Assembly (NCBI RefSeq): GCF_036321535.1
Contig: NC_087437.1
Location: forward strand, 52,826,001 to 52,890,000
From: Camelus dromedarius
Taxonomy: Eukaryota
Direction of reading: 5' to 3'
DNA length: 64,000 nt
Shown: positions 35,526-48,247 of the stretch, one piece after another
Layout of the letters: each line of letters opens with the position of its first letter
Numbering within the stretch: position 1 is the first letter of the stretch
The notes under the pieces: model-generated
Told to the model about the DNA's origin: nothing
What the model saw: the letters and a program-made list of their open reading frames with translations, nothing else
Database searches by the model: none
Made by a program: the position numbers and the translations under genes

Positions 35526-38119
35526 AAAAATCATACTGTTGAATGTTTGATGATACATAAACATTTTTATAAAAGATTCTTAAGTGAAAAAAGCAAATTA
35601 CAAAAATAAGATTCCATTTTAGCAAAAACGAAAATGTTTGCAAAAAACACATGAAAAAATCTGAACTAGGATATATTGTCAAGTGTAAGATGCTAGATAC
35701 AGTGAATGCAGTACGCTGCCTTTCATAGTAAGAAAGGTGTAAAGTAAAAATTTATGTTTTTACTTGGATCTGCATTTAGGAACACTGGAAGGATCCACAA
35801 ACAACCAAAAAGAGTTCACCTAAGAGGGTGAGAGTGGGTGGGAAACACGATAGATGGAGGTGGGGTGGGGACAACACTTTTCAAGGAATCTTTTTAATAC
35901 CACTTTGATTTTGTACCATTCAAAAAAACTAAAATTCAAACTAAAAAAAATCTAGTAAACATACCAAAATACTTATTTTTGGGTGGTGGCGAAACACATA
36001 ATGCTTATTTCCTTCTTTTGGTACATCTATATTTTCTCAATGTTTTACATGTGTAAGAAAAGGAGTTATTTTAAAACCTTTTTTCCTAAACTTATTAAAG
36101 TCTTTGTACCCTTGTTGAAAAGAGAAATTGAATGAGATTTCTAAAGGATCTTGGGGAAGGGCATTCTGTAGGCTACTGTAAATGTGAATCCTTTTTTCAC
36201 CTGAAATCATTTCTTATTTCAAGCTACCAGGCTGCCAAGATACATTCTGGACCTGGCTTCCATTGCAAGAAAAGCAGTAGTCCCCGGAACTGCCCCTAGA
36301 ATTGCATTCAAAACATTGCTGAAAGGTGAAATGCCAATTTCCCACTGAAGGCCAGTCCCCTTCACCCGCACGTGTTGATTCAGATAATGCTTTAAAAAGA
36401 ATACCACACCACCTGCTTCCAGGGAAATGAAAGATGTCTAATTCAAAGACATTCTCTGAGCCTATAGCATTTTTGATTGATTGTGAATTTAATATATTTT
36501 TAACTCAAGTACTTCTCTCTCAAGAGACTGCTCGTCTGATTCTGGTCTGTGTTGCCTGAGCAGTGAAGTTTGGCTGGGTGTTTGTTGACACATTTTTGGG
36601 CAAGGCTATTTGAGAAATACTGACATTTCCCCTAACTTCCTCCTTAGGCATCAACCCAGTTTGTCTCCACATCCCTGTTGGGGCTCCAGTCTCTTTCTTG
36701 GAAGATAAGAATCTGCTTTCGTCTTCAAAATCTCTTTCCGATTTTTTTTTTTCTTTCTCTCCTTCTCCAGACTTGTCTCTATTCCACAGCCTGGGCCTCT
36801 GCCCAGCCAGCTTCCGAACCATGCTGTCTTCCTAAGCACAGAGGCCTCTACTTCAAATTTGGAAAGAACTGTGAAGACCTTTTTAGTTTGCAAATCAGGC
36901 ATTTCCTCTATCACATCTTTGCCAGATAGTCTTCCAATGTCTTCTTAAACACTCCTTGCAACAGAGAGCTCACTATCTTTCAAATCAGTGGGCTGTCCAT
37001 TGTTGGTTGTTAGAAAGCTGTTTTGTAAGTAATCTCAGAGCAAGCTTGTGGTCTTCTTACTTGCTCTCTAGTTAATTTCTGATCCTGGGTGAAAAGAGTG
37101 GTCGGAGAGAAGGAGGATGGGGAAGAGAGATCATCGCCCAGCCTGACCAAAGGCAGCAGGTCCAAGACTGGCACTTGTCCACAGGACAATGGTGGGGCAG
37201 TGGAGAGCGGACCTGAAAAGAGCTTTGAATTTGGACTCAGAAGACAGGGCTTCATCCCAGCTCCATCTTTCAACTACTGACCCAGTTATCTGGGGCAAGT
37301 CATTTGTACTCTGAATCTGGTTTCTCTCATTTATAAAATTGTAGTTGTAGTAATAACTATGTCATAAGGTTAATGGGAGGAGTGAATGAAATAGTGTGGT
37401 GAAAATGCTTTGTAATTATAAAGAGTTTTATAAACAAGAGCATAGTTACAATCAAAGATGCTTGATGCCTAGCTTAGTAAATCTGTGAACCAGCCCAGGC
37501 CAAGGAGGTTACAAAGAGAAGGGTTGGGGATTTACCCTGCCTACACCTGTGTGTCATTGGCAGAGTCAGCTAATGGCCACTGTTGGCCTCCTCTGAGGGG
37601 CCAACCAAATGTGATGACAGAATCTGGGCAAGTCAAAGGCTGGAAGATGTGAGCTTCTGTCCAGTATAAAACTCTCACTTTCAAGATGAATGAGAAGGAT
37701 TGGTGACTTGCCCAGTCACATAGCTCACTAATGGTGGGCTGGACCTTGACCCCAGAAACCTGATTTCTAGGCACAGTTCCTGTAAGTTTTCCCAACAGAG
37801 GTGTGGTTGGTATTTTGGACAGTTCTCTCTTCATTGTGCAGGTCTTCCTGGCCCTGTAGCAAGTTTAACTTCTCTGTTCCCCATCCACTAACTGGCAATA
37901 GTATCCCCTTGTCTTATGATGATCAAAAAGGCTCCCACACATCTGCCATTGCTTCCAGTGGACAGTACCTCCTTTGGTTGACAACTTTAGTGATAGGTCC
38001 TAGGAAACATTGAATTTGGAGTTTAGAAAATGATGTTTGCCATTAACTAGCTCTGTAACCTAAAGAAGGTAATTTCATGTCTCCAAGTCTTAGTTTCCTC
38101 ATCTAAGAAGTGAGGGATT

Positions 38120-38272
38120 GGTGGGTGTATATAGCTCAGTGGTAAAGTGCCCGCTTAGCATGCATGAGGTTCAGGGTTCAATCCCCTGTGCCTCCATTAA
38201 AAAAATAATTAAGTAAATAGGCCTAATTATCTCCCCCTCCAAAAAAGAAAAACCTTAAAAAAAAAAAAAAAC
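38120..38272 (+). mobile_element. tRNA-derived SINE (Vic-1-like)
   Basis: ATAGCTCAGTGGTAAAGTGC...GGGTTCAATCCCCTGTGCCTCC...CCTAATTATCTCCCCC plus poly-A. Confidence 0.88.
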
Positions 38273-38757
38273 AAGACAGTGAAGGAGCAAGTCCATGCCT
38301 CTGTGCTCCTGGCTTCCCCCTCCCTCGCCTGCCTGCACCTGAAATTTCTCTGTCAGTCAGCTAGCCTTTGTGTTAGTCCTAATGTGATGGTGATTTGTAT
38401 TCGTTTGTATCTACCTTACTATATTCTGCATGGAACATGTATTGTTTTTCATAGTCCCAGGCATTTCCTCAGTATTTCTCTTCTCTCCCTCTCATCCTTG
38501 CTCTTTCCCGCCCTCCTGCTCGCTCACCCCCATTCTCAACGCTCTCCCCTCTCCCCACATCTTCCTGTTGCTATTTAAGTATGTTCAGGTTTCTCATTCA
38601 AAAACCCCCAAATACCCCAACCTTTGACCAACTTACCTCTCTTTCCTCATCGCAATCAAAGCTGTTTAAGAAACTACAAAAATAGTACAAAGAATTCCCA
38701 CATACTCGTCACCCAGATTTCCCAAATGTTTGCATTTTACCACATTTCCTTTTTCTC

Positions 38758-38805
38758 TCTAATTTAATATAAACATATATGTAAATATGTTTATATTAAA
38801 TTAGA
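38758..38805. repeat. Perfect 21-bp inverted repeat with 6-nt spacer
   Basis: TCTAATTTAATATAAACATAT (38758-38778), ATGTAA, ATATGTTTATATTAAATTAGA (38785-38805). Confidence 0.95.
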
Positions 38806-40214
38806 TTTATCACACATTGACTTATTCATACACATGTTTTCCTGGACTTACATATATGTATTGGACATAGGATGCTCCTTTACAACTAAATGCTCCATTG
38901 TGTATTTCTTATAAACATAAGTACAATGATCAAAATCAGGAAATTAATATTAACATAATATTATTTAACCTACAGACCTTATTCGGATTTACCCACTGTC
39001 CCAATAATGTCCTTTATAGCAAAGGGAAGTTCTGGATCAAGCTTTGCATTCATTTGCTGTGTTTCTCTAGAAGTTTTTTGTTTTAAATCTGAAACAGTTC
39101 CTAAGTTTTTTCCTTGTGTTTCATGGCACTGACATTTTAAAAACTGTACAGGTCAGGTTTTTTGTTTTTTGTGTTTTGGGTACAAAATTCCTTGGTTTAA
39201 ATTTGTCTGATGTTTCTTCATGATTAGAATAAGGTTATGCTTCTCTGGCAGGAATACCACGAAAGTGATGCATCGTATCAGGAGACACATGATGTTGAGT
39301 TGTCCTATTATCAGTGATATTAATGTTCATCATCACTTGGTGGTGTTAATCAGACTTTTCCACTATAAAGTTACTACTTTTTCCTTTGCAATTAGGAAGT
39401 ATCTTTGGGGAGATGCTCTGAGACTTTGCAAATACTCTGTTAGTCCTCAAATTTTCACATACTAATTTTAGCATCCACTGATGATTCTTAGTTTGAATTA
39501 ATTACATTATCATAATGGTTGCCAAATGATGATTTTCTAATTCCTTCATTCTTTCTATATCTATTAGTGATTTAAATGCATACTCTTTTACTTTTGTCAA
39601 ATACCTTTTCAGTGTCTATGGAAATGATCATATTAATTTTCCTCTTAGGTCTATTAATATAAATTATACTGATAGATTTGCTAGTATTGAACTATCCATG
39701 CATTCTCAGAGTAAAACTCACATAGGCTTTACTATTATTTTTTAATGCTGCTGGGTCTATTTGTTAGTATTTCATTTATGATTTTTATATCCATATTAAT
39801 AAATTAGATTGATTTATATGTCTTATGTATACAGTTTGGTCATTTAGCTGTATCAATATTATATTCTTATTATTTAAAAAATTTGCAAGGTTTCTTTTTT
39901 TTTTCTTCTAAGCTATGGAACAGTTTAAACAACATTGGCATTATCAACTCTCAAAAGTCTGGTAAAAATTCCCTATGAAATTCTGTGAATCTGCTGCTTT
40001 TTGAAGGAGTAGCTCTCTGATAAACTTCTCATCTCATCTTATGGAAATTGGTCTATTTATATTTTCTGCCTTTTCTGGGGTTAATTTTAGAGAGTTGTAT
40101 TCTCCTAGAAATTTATTCATTTAGGTTTTCAGAGTTATCTGCATAGAATTAGCAAATTTGGTTCATAATGTAAAATTTTCCTCTAATTTTAGGCTTATTT
40201 CTCCCTTGTCATTT

Positions 40215-40329
40215 TTTTGGTGGGGACAGTAATTAAGTTTATCTATTTATTACTTTTGGTGGAGGTACCAGGGATTGAACCCAGGATCTTGTGCATGCTA
40301 GGCACATACTCTACCACTGAGCTAAACCC
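40215..40329 (-). mobile_element. tRNA-derived SINE (Vic-1-like) with 15-bp TSD
   Basis: GGAGGTACCAGGGATTGAACCCAGGATC...CTCTACCACTGAGCTA; TCTCCCTTGTCATTT at 40200-40214 and 40330-40344. Confidence 0.9.
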
Positions 40330-42072
40330 TCTCCCTTGTCATTTCTTATTTTTGAAGTTGGACTTCCTCATTGTATTAGCTTTTTTTTTTTTTTGAATTC
40401 ACCTGGATTATCCAGGATACTCTCCCCATCTCAAGGTCCTCTGCCTTAATCACATCTGCAAAAAGTCCCTTTTGCCATGATTAGAGTGTGGACATCTTTA
40501 GGAGGTCATTATTCTATCTATTGTACCCTTTTTCTCTCTTAATGAAATTGATTAAATTTTAAGCTATGTTATTATTTTTTCTCTTAATTTGTTTCACCTT
40601 GATTTATTTCTACTATTTTCAGTTTTCTAACACATTGACTTATTCATTTTTTTCTACTTTTCTATTATTTATCTTGTTGTTCTTTTTATAATTTTGGAGT
40701 CAGATGCTTAAATTAATTTGTTTCTCTTCCATCTCCTTTATCACTACAAATAAAGATACGGAATTTCCTCTGCACCCTGTTTTAACTCTAGGTTCTGATA
40801 TGTTGTTTTCATTATTACTGTTTCTAGATAGATTATACCTTTAGTTGTTATTCTCTTTTAGGTCCAAGAAATGTTTAAGACAGAATTTTAATTTTTTTTC
40901 CCTGAAGGTAACTTTTTATTTTCTGATTTTCTTATTGTTACTGGTTTTATTGCACACTGATCTGAGAATAATTTCTTATAGCTTAATACTTAGTCGAATT
41001 TTATGAATGTTTCACAGGCCCTTGGGAGGAGAGGGAAAGTATTCTTTTTTTTCAGAGAACAGAGTTGAAATTTAATCTAGCAGATGTCCTTACTTATATA
41101 TATAGTCTTATCTATCATTATTTATCTACTTGACCTGTCATGGACTGAGAGAGGTAAATTAAAGTCTCCAAATGTGTTTGTGTCTATTTCTTCTGGTATC
41201 TTTTATAATTTATGGTATATAATGGTTGTTGTTATATTACTTCGTATATAGATTTTCATAACTATTATATCTTCATTGTGGATCTTTCTTATCTCATTCA
41301 GTAAGGTATTTTAGATGTACAAAACTTTTAAGGCTTTATGTGGTCAAATTTTATCAATATTATCCTTTATGGTTTCTGTGTTCCATGTCATGCTTAAATA
41401 GGACTCCCAGCTTTTAAAATTATTTAGTCATGCTCTCTTCCAGTACATTTGCGGTTTTGTTTTTTACATAACATTTTTAAATCACCTGGAATTTATTCTG
41501 ATGTAAAGAGTAAATAGGTGCTTAGCTTTACTCCCCACTCCCCAACCTTGGTGTTTTTAGATGGCTTATCAGATGTCTAAACATCTTTATTGAATAAGCA
41601 GTTATGGGAAACATCTGTTGTTTTTGCCTCCTGTCCAGAATCCTTTGCCTCTTCTTTAATAAAAGCCCTTCTATTTCCCTTGGGGAACCACCTCCCGGTC
41701 CATATGGTTTGTTTGGAACTGACACTAGCTCTTGCTCCAGGATTGGATATGTAAATCCACCTTGGTATCATCTCCCTGGCCACAGTCATTGGTTCAGGGC
41801 TGGGGCATGACTCAAGCCAAGACAATCCAGAATCAAGACTTACTGTTCTCATTTCAGAAGAGATAGTCTTTTTCTGTTGGACTTGAAGCTGTAAAAGTGT
41901 AAGCCTGGGCTCCCAGGGACTACCACCATGTGTAGCCCAAGAATGAAACTAACACAATGAAAAGAAGAGTCTTGTGTGATGGAAAGAGACTAGGTACTGG
42001 TGAAATTATCTGAGCCTCTGGATCCAACTATGTCTTACCCTGGGACCCTGGGACTTTTCAGTGATGTGAGCC

Positions 42073-42166
42073 TATATATAAATATATAAATATAAATAAG
42101 TAAATAAATATATACATGTATATGTGTGTGTGTCTGTATATATGTGTGTGTGTGTGTGTGTGTGTA
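42073..42166. repeat. (TA)-rich/(TG)n microsatellite
   Basis: Directly visible. Confidence 0.9.
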
Positions 42167-44235
42167 TAAAATTTGGATTTTTCACTTGCTAGCAAAAGAC
42201 CCCTAAGTGAAAAAAAAAATCCATTGACTTGAAATAATGTTCTTGTCATCTGTAAAATTCTGTATGAGCGTATCCTTTTAATCTGTTCCATTAACTTATT
42301 TATCTGTTCTAAGGGTCATAAATTAGAGGGAAACAGTTTTTAGATAACTTTTGTTTAGTTAGCTCAACGTTTACAAATATTTTGAATTTGAATGTAGCTG
42401 GTAATGGTTCTTAGCTGCCCCCTTCTTCAGAGAATTGCTCTTGGCCAAACTGGAGCCCTCCTACCGGGGAGGCCATGCCCCCAGCCACCACAGACTCTGC
42501 CAATAACTGACTGGCTTGGGATAAAAAAGGCCAATCTTCTTTTCTCAAAGTGGGAATAACTGTGTTCTAGAACATTCTTGCTTAGCTTTCCCCTTGGCCC
42601 TTTTCGACTGCCTTTACTCCTCCTCTCCTGAGAACACTTCCCAATAAACCACTTGAACAGAGTCCCAGTCTCAGGCTGTTTCTGGGGGACCTGTCCTAAG
42701 AGAGAGGGAATTCTTTTCAATTATCCTCAACACTCATTCCTAGGAGCTGTCACCAATTGGAAGGAGAAGCCGCTGTTAACAACTGAAGCAATGCAGTTAA
42801 GGATGCTAATTTTAAAAAATGTATCTGCAAAGTTTTCTGGATCTACTTACCTTTCAAGACATACCAGAAAATCAACCTTGGGAAAAGACCAATGTGTGTA
42901 TTTATTTACTCAGGCAAGATCTTCAGAGGATGATAAAACCATCATATGAAATTTAGTTGGGGAACAAGCTACTTATTAATTACAAGTGGGGAAAAAGTAC
43001 TTTTATTGTCAAAAGAATTGGCATCTCTATGTTAACCAAGTGACCAAACTCAGCATCAGTTACATCAGGGCAAATTTATATCATGGGCCCTTGAGGTGAT
43101 GTGATAGGAAGCGTACAATAACGTAAGTAGCAGTCCTGCCAAAAATGTTTAACTTGAATGCAATCACGAGAAAACATCCAGCAAATTCAGCTTGTGAGAA
43201 CTTCTACCAGACTCAGAGAACATCCTTCCACTTAAGAACTTGCATGACATACACTTTTCATTGAAAAGTACATAAATAGGTAGGAGGATAGATGAATTTA
43301 AATAAAATGGTTCATAGACTTGAAATAAAAAACGAAGTTGCAAATGAAATAAAATATCTTTCATACAAGCATACAAAATATATGCTATATAAAAATCTCA
43401 CATGCTTTCAAATTTGGTGTGCATCATTCAATTAAATAGTTAAAGCCTACTTTGTCAAATCATATTGTGAAATGTGCATTACAATTAAAGTCAATACTCA
43501 TCTTATTTCAGCTTATAATAAGATTTTCCAGCTCCTATTAACAAAAAAAATAAAATTATATGCTAGCTGCCAGGCCAATTAGTTTTAGCAATATATATAC
43601 CTTTCTTTTTAATTAAATACATGTGAAATTTAATCATAATGTCTAATTAAATAAATGGAGCTATTTTGGCTTTTTAATGCATTATTTTATTGCATTATCC
43701 CCAAAAGCTGCCCACTAGAGTTTAATATTCACATGAACTCACATTTACTGAAGGAGTACCTTGCTTTCAGTAATACTCATCACATTAATAATAATTGATA
43801 ACTTTAGCCACGTATCAGACTGGATAATTAGAAGATAATGAATACTACCATTACCATCTTGTTTTGATAACTCAGATTTGATTAATTATATTAGCTGTGC
43901 ATCAGTTTGCTCTTGGCGTGACTGCTTTTAGTAATCTTTCTTAATTATGTGCTACAAAACATATTATTCCAGCTTTTCATATTTTTTCTTAAAATTGGTG
44001 CTAACACATTTATTTGAATTGAAAAATGACAGTAGACTGTTTCTTACAGAAAGTAGTATGTAGTCAGGTTTGGCTGATTGGTTGGACCATGAAGCCCAGC
44101 TATGCCAAAGATGTTCTAGTAAATATTTTTCAGAATATTTAGTATTGAATGATCTAAATGGAACCTCTGCAGTTTTGAAAAAGTAGAGTTAAAGCACGCA
44201 ATGAAACAAAAGCATTTAAACAAAAAAATATTGAG

Positions 44236-44718
44236 TGATATGGCAGAAAGAGTCTGAAGTGGCCCTGATGATCCCTGCTTCCTGGGATTCCTGCCTGTGT
44301 GTACGGGACCTGGGACTTGCAAAGCTGATGGGATGTGTGTGATTATGTTACATGTGATTGTAGCACCAGTTTTGTCAGGAGAGACTCTTCCCTTGCTGGC
44401 CTTGAAGCAAGTGACCATTTTGGGAAGACCCACGTAGCAAGGAGCTGAGGGTGGCCTCTAGCTGGCAGACAGCAAACAACTGAATGCTGCCAACAACCAC
44501 GTGGATTTAGAGGTCAATCCTGTCCTCGTTGTGCCTCAGATGAGCCTGCTGTCCCAGCCGACACCTTAATGGCAACCATGTGAGACCCTGAAGTAGAGGA
44601 CCCAGTTAAGTTATGCTGGGATGCCTGACCCACAGAAATTGGGAGAAAATAAGTGTGTGTTGTTTTAAGCCACTAGGTTTGTGGTAATATTGTTGAACAC
44701 TAACAGACAATTAATACA
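44236..44718 (+). mobile_element. MLT1 (D/E/F-type) solo LTR
   Basis: TGGCCTTGAAGCAAG...GCAAGGAGCTGAGGGTGGCCTCTAG...CTGAATGCTGCCAACAACCAC...TGTTTTAAGCCACTAGGTTTGTGGTAAT...TAATACA. Confidence 0.8.
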
Positions 44719-44825
44719 AATGGTAAAGATGTGATGAAACTAATATTTCTATATTTGAACCCCTTTGGAAACCATCAGATTAACTATAAGTCCAGGTTAA
44801 AGACTTAACAGACATAATAAGCAGG

Positions 44826-45014
44826 AGTGATTCTCAAATTCGAGCATGCATCAGAAGCACCCAGAGGGCTCGTTGGTAAAACACAAATTATTGATCTCAC
44901 CCCCAAAGTTTCTGATTCAGTAGGTCAGGGGTGGGGCCTGAAATTCTGCATTTCTAACAAGTTTCCAGATGATGCTAATGCAACTTGTCTGAAATCCACA
45001 CTTGAGAACCACTG
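44826..45014. mobile_element. MER5A-like hAT MITE
   Basis: GTGATTCTCAAA...GCATCAGAAGCACC...TCTGATTCAGTAGGTCAGGGGTGGGGCCTGAAATTCTGCATTTCTAACAAG...TTGAGAACCACTG. Confidence 0.85.
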
Positions 45015-45139
45015 GTGTAGAGGCATTTGGTACCTAAGTCTTGGCAAAAGACTTTTTGGTATACTTATCAGAAACTGAGAACATGATTAGATTCTAGTGA
45101 CTGATAACCTCTACTTTTGTAAGTTAAATTGTTTCCAAT

Positions 45140-47140
45140 CTTTTATTTTCAACAATTGAAGGAGGACCTAGCAGAATTGTTTTTTTTTCAGAATTGTTAA
45201 TTGATAGATCATTTAAAATAATTTCTGATGAAAGATCAGTATGTGAATTTTGGTGTGTAACTTGGAAGTACTTCCAAGAATGGAATGGCATTTCTATTTA
45301 AAAACACATACACACAACTCCTTCCGTTCTTAAGAACTTGTTTAGGTGAACAAGGTATATTAGTTAGGGTAGGTTAAACTGCTGTTATAAATAGACTTAA
45401 ACATGATTCAAACATCCATCATCAAAGCTATTTCTTAATTGGCAGGTGTTCTCCTGCATGTGGTGAGTCAGAAAGCCACGCTTCTTCCATCTTTTGCCTC
45501 CACCATCCTCCAGGATCTTGTCATCATCTACATGCAGCTGGAAGAGTGCATGCAGGGAGGAGGTACACATGTTTTTCTAATAGCCCTCGCCCAGAAATAG
45601 CGCACTTTATTCCCCTGAGAGAGAACTAAGTAACATGACCGCTCTATCTATCCGGGTCCAGTCAAGAGAGAAACCACAAAGTAATTTGAATAGGAAGAGT
45701 TTAAATACGAAGGATTATTAACTGTAACAGAAGATTGGGATAACAAGAGATTGGCAGTTCAGAAGTAAAGAAATAGCAGATAAAGAGCAGATACCACTCA
45801 TCGGGCTGAGATAGAGTGCCAAGGAAGGGTCCCTACTTCTCCACCCTCAGGGCTGAGAGTCACCCTCGTTGGAGAGATGTGTTGGAGGGCCCCTGAAATC
45901 ACACTCAGGTTCAGTGATTTGTGAGAAGGACTCCAGGAACTCAGAAAAGCTATTATACTCCGGGTTGTGATTTATGAGAGTGAAAGGATGTACATTAAAA
46001 TCAGCAAGGAAAAAAGGCACAAGGGCAGAGTCCAGGGGAGACCACGCACAAGCTCCCACTTGTCCTCTCCCAGTGGAGTCGCATGGACAGCACTTCATTC
46101 TCCCAGCAATGATCATGAAAACCTTCATGAAGTACTGCCAAAGAGGGAAGCTCACCTGAGCCTTGATGTCCAGGGCTTACTGCCCACTTGGCTGACCTTA
46201 GATACTCAGTCTCTAGCCTCTCCAGAGGTCAACTGATACTGTGTGGTCCAAGGCCTCTTTCCCTGCCCCCCTGCCCCATAAATCACATTGATAGCCCGAA
46301 CGATTGGCATGGCCCAAGGTCCTGGGTAAACAAAGACACCCTTCTCAAGCAGAATATTCCAAGGGCTTAGAGGTTATTTCCCAGGAGCTAGGCAAAGGCC
46401 AAACTTTTTTTGGAATGTGCCAGGTTTGGACAATGTAAAACTGTAGCAGAAGGCATGGTCATGGCTCACTGAAAGGCAGAGGAACGCCTGATTGATGGTA
46501 CTTGCTGAAAATCCACCCTCCTGGGTGCCAGAGAAAGCTGCTCAAGGCACTTTGCTACAAAACTGCCTGGGGGGATATGATGCCAAGGGGAGCTGCTGGG
46601 TGCTGGGTGTTGCTGGCTACTGTGCACCACAGGAGTCCTCACAGGCACAGGGAGTCAGAGGTGCTCTGCTACAAAATCACCCAAGATAAGCAGTGCCAGA
46701 AAAAGCTGCTGGAAGCTGGCTGCTGTGCCCTGAAGTAGCTGGACACGACAAACTGATCACGTCAGGAGCCTGTACACAGGGGTTAGGAAGTAAAACTGTC
46801 TTCTCCTTTAATGTTACGCCAGCACCCTCTATTGACAAAGCTTCAGTGCCAAAAAGCGAGGGAAAATGTTTAAAGGGCCCAGATCCATTTCACAGAGCAA
46901 ACAAAAAGGGTAATTTGAGCTAAGAGGCAATATATTGAAAACTGGCACCGCCCTCTACAAGGGTTGCTGGGGAATGTAGTCCAGGCGCATATCTGGCTAG
47001 TATCTTATGACCAAGGAAAAGAAGAAAAATGAGGTGGATATCTAGCATTCTTTGTTGTATGATATTTCTTAGCACTTACTAAAAATTGAAAATTAGAAAT
47101 AGAACTGGTGCTAAATCCTATCTCATTCTTGCAGTGAACA
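45140..47140 (+). mobile_element. hAT/Charlie transposase C-terminal relic split by a nested LTR stack
   Basis: 45318-45356 translates LLPFLRTCLGEQG; 47066 onward gives FLALTK and, after a frameshift, RNRTGAKSYLILAV. Together these match the hATC dimerisation motif LLPFxSTYLCExGFSxL...KxRNRL. Confidence 0.6.
45878..46445 (-). mobile_element. MER21-like ERV LTR nested in older LTRs
   Basis: CACACTCAGGTTCAGTGATTTG...GAAGGACTC...GAACTCAGAAAAGC...ATTAAAATCAGCAAGG...GTCCTCTCCCAGTGGAGTC resembles recalled reverse-strand MER21. Confidence 0.7.
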
Positions 47141-48082
47141 AATGGAAAGAACAGTAACACTCCTATCCTAATGAGATCATTGAGAGATTGATTTCTGACA
47201 AATTTTTACTTTTTATGTTTCATAATTATGTATCACATTTGGCTATATATTATGTTGTTTTGATCAATTATGAACTAATAATTATAATAATCACTCAACA
47301 CAGAATAATTTTTGACTTACAAAGCCTTATCATCAAAGGAAATAATTTAAAATAATTTTTTGTAACTAAATATGATAAAGTAAGATTAAAAACCAGGGTA
47401 AAGACTTCCAAGCATAAAAATATACTGAGATAAAATTCTTTCATGGGCATTCATGGAAATATGGATTCAAGGATAAAAAAGAATGACATAAAATTCTGTT
47501 AAGGAAGAGATTGTATATCTTGGTAATAATTGATGATAATTTAGTGATGATAGTAATTAAGTTTTTAGTGCATATAGAACCCATTGTTATACTTTAAAAT
47601 GTCAGAATTTATAATATATTGTAAATTACATCCTTTTCAACTTTTAATAATATGATGGAAAATATTAAATGTCAACTTAACATACTACTAAAGGGTATCT
47701 CGTTTTTCAAAATTCTTTTAGAGTGGTATGTAAGCAAAAAAATGTGAAAGGTACTGATTGAATTCATCTGGCTTGGTACATGGTACACAACAGATGCTCA
47801 ATAAATAACATTTGAATAAATAAAGAAGCAAAGGAATGGCAAACAGGTGTGTACATATAAATAATGCCCTGTGTAGACAAAGGTTGTAAGAACCAAGTGG
47901 TCTCCTACTAGTACAGGTACAAATTAATACTGTCTTTTTGGTGGGCCTTTTGCAGTTCATATAAATAACCTCAAAATGTGCCTACCTTTTGCCCAAACAA
48001 TCCCTCATCTTGGAATTTATCCTGAAAATCATAAATGAATAAACATGTACATTACTGTATTTGTTTTTTCAATAGATATTTC

Positions 48083-48247
48083 CTTTTTTGTATTATTTTA
48101 TTTTATTTTTTTTTAGGGGAGAGGTAATTAGGTTATTTATTTATTTATTTATTTATTTACTTATTTAGAGGCATTGAGGATTGAAGCCAGGACCTCATGC
48201 ATGCTAAGCACATGCTCTGCCTCTGAGCTATACCTGTCTCCTTCCCC
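48083..48247 (-). mobile_element. tRNA-derived SINE (Vic-1-like) with 11-bp TSD
   Basis: GGGGAGAGGTAATTAGG(TTAT)n...GGATTGAAGCCAGGACCTCATGCATGCTAAGCAC...CTGAGCTATA; ATAGATATTTC at 48072-48082 and 48248-48258. Confidence 0.9.

Larger units (their letters stand above)
38660..41600 (-). mobile_element. Old, fragmented L1M (L1MC/ME-type) relics with younger insertions
   Basis: Strongly T-rich on +, with L1M 3'UTR motifs (TACAAAAATAGTACAAAGAATTCCC, CCCAGATTTCCCAAATGTT); boundaries approximate. Confidence 0.6.
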
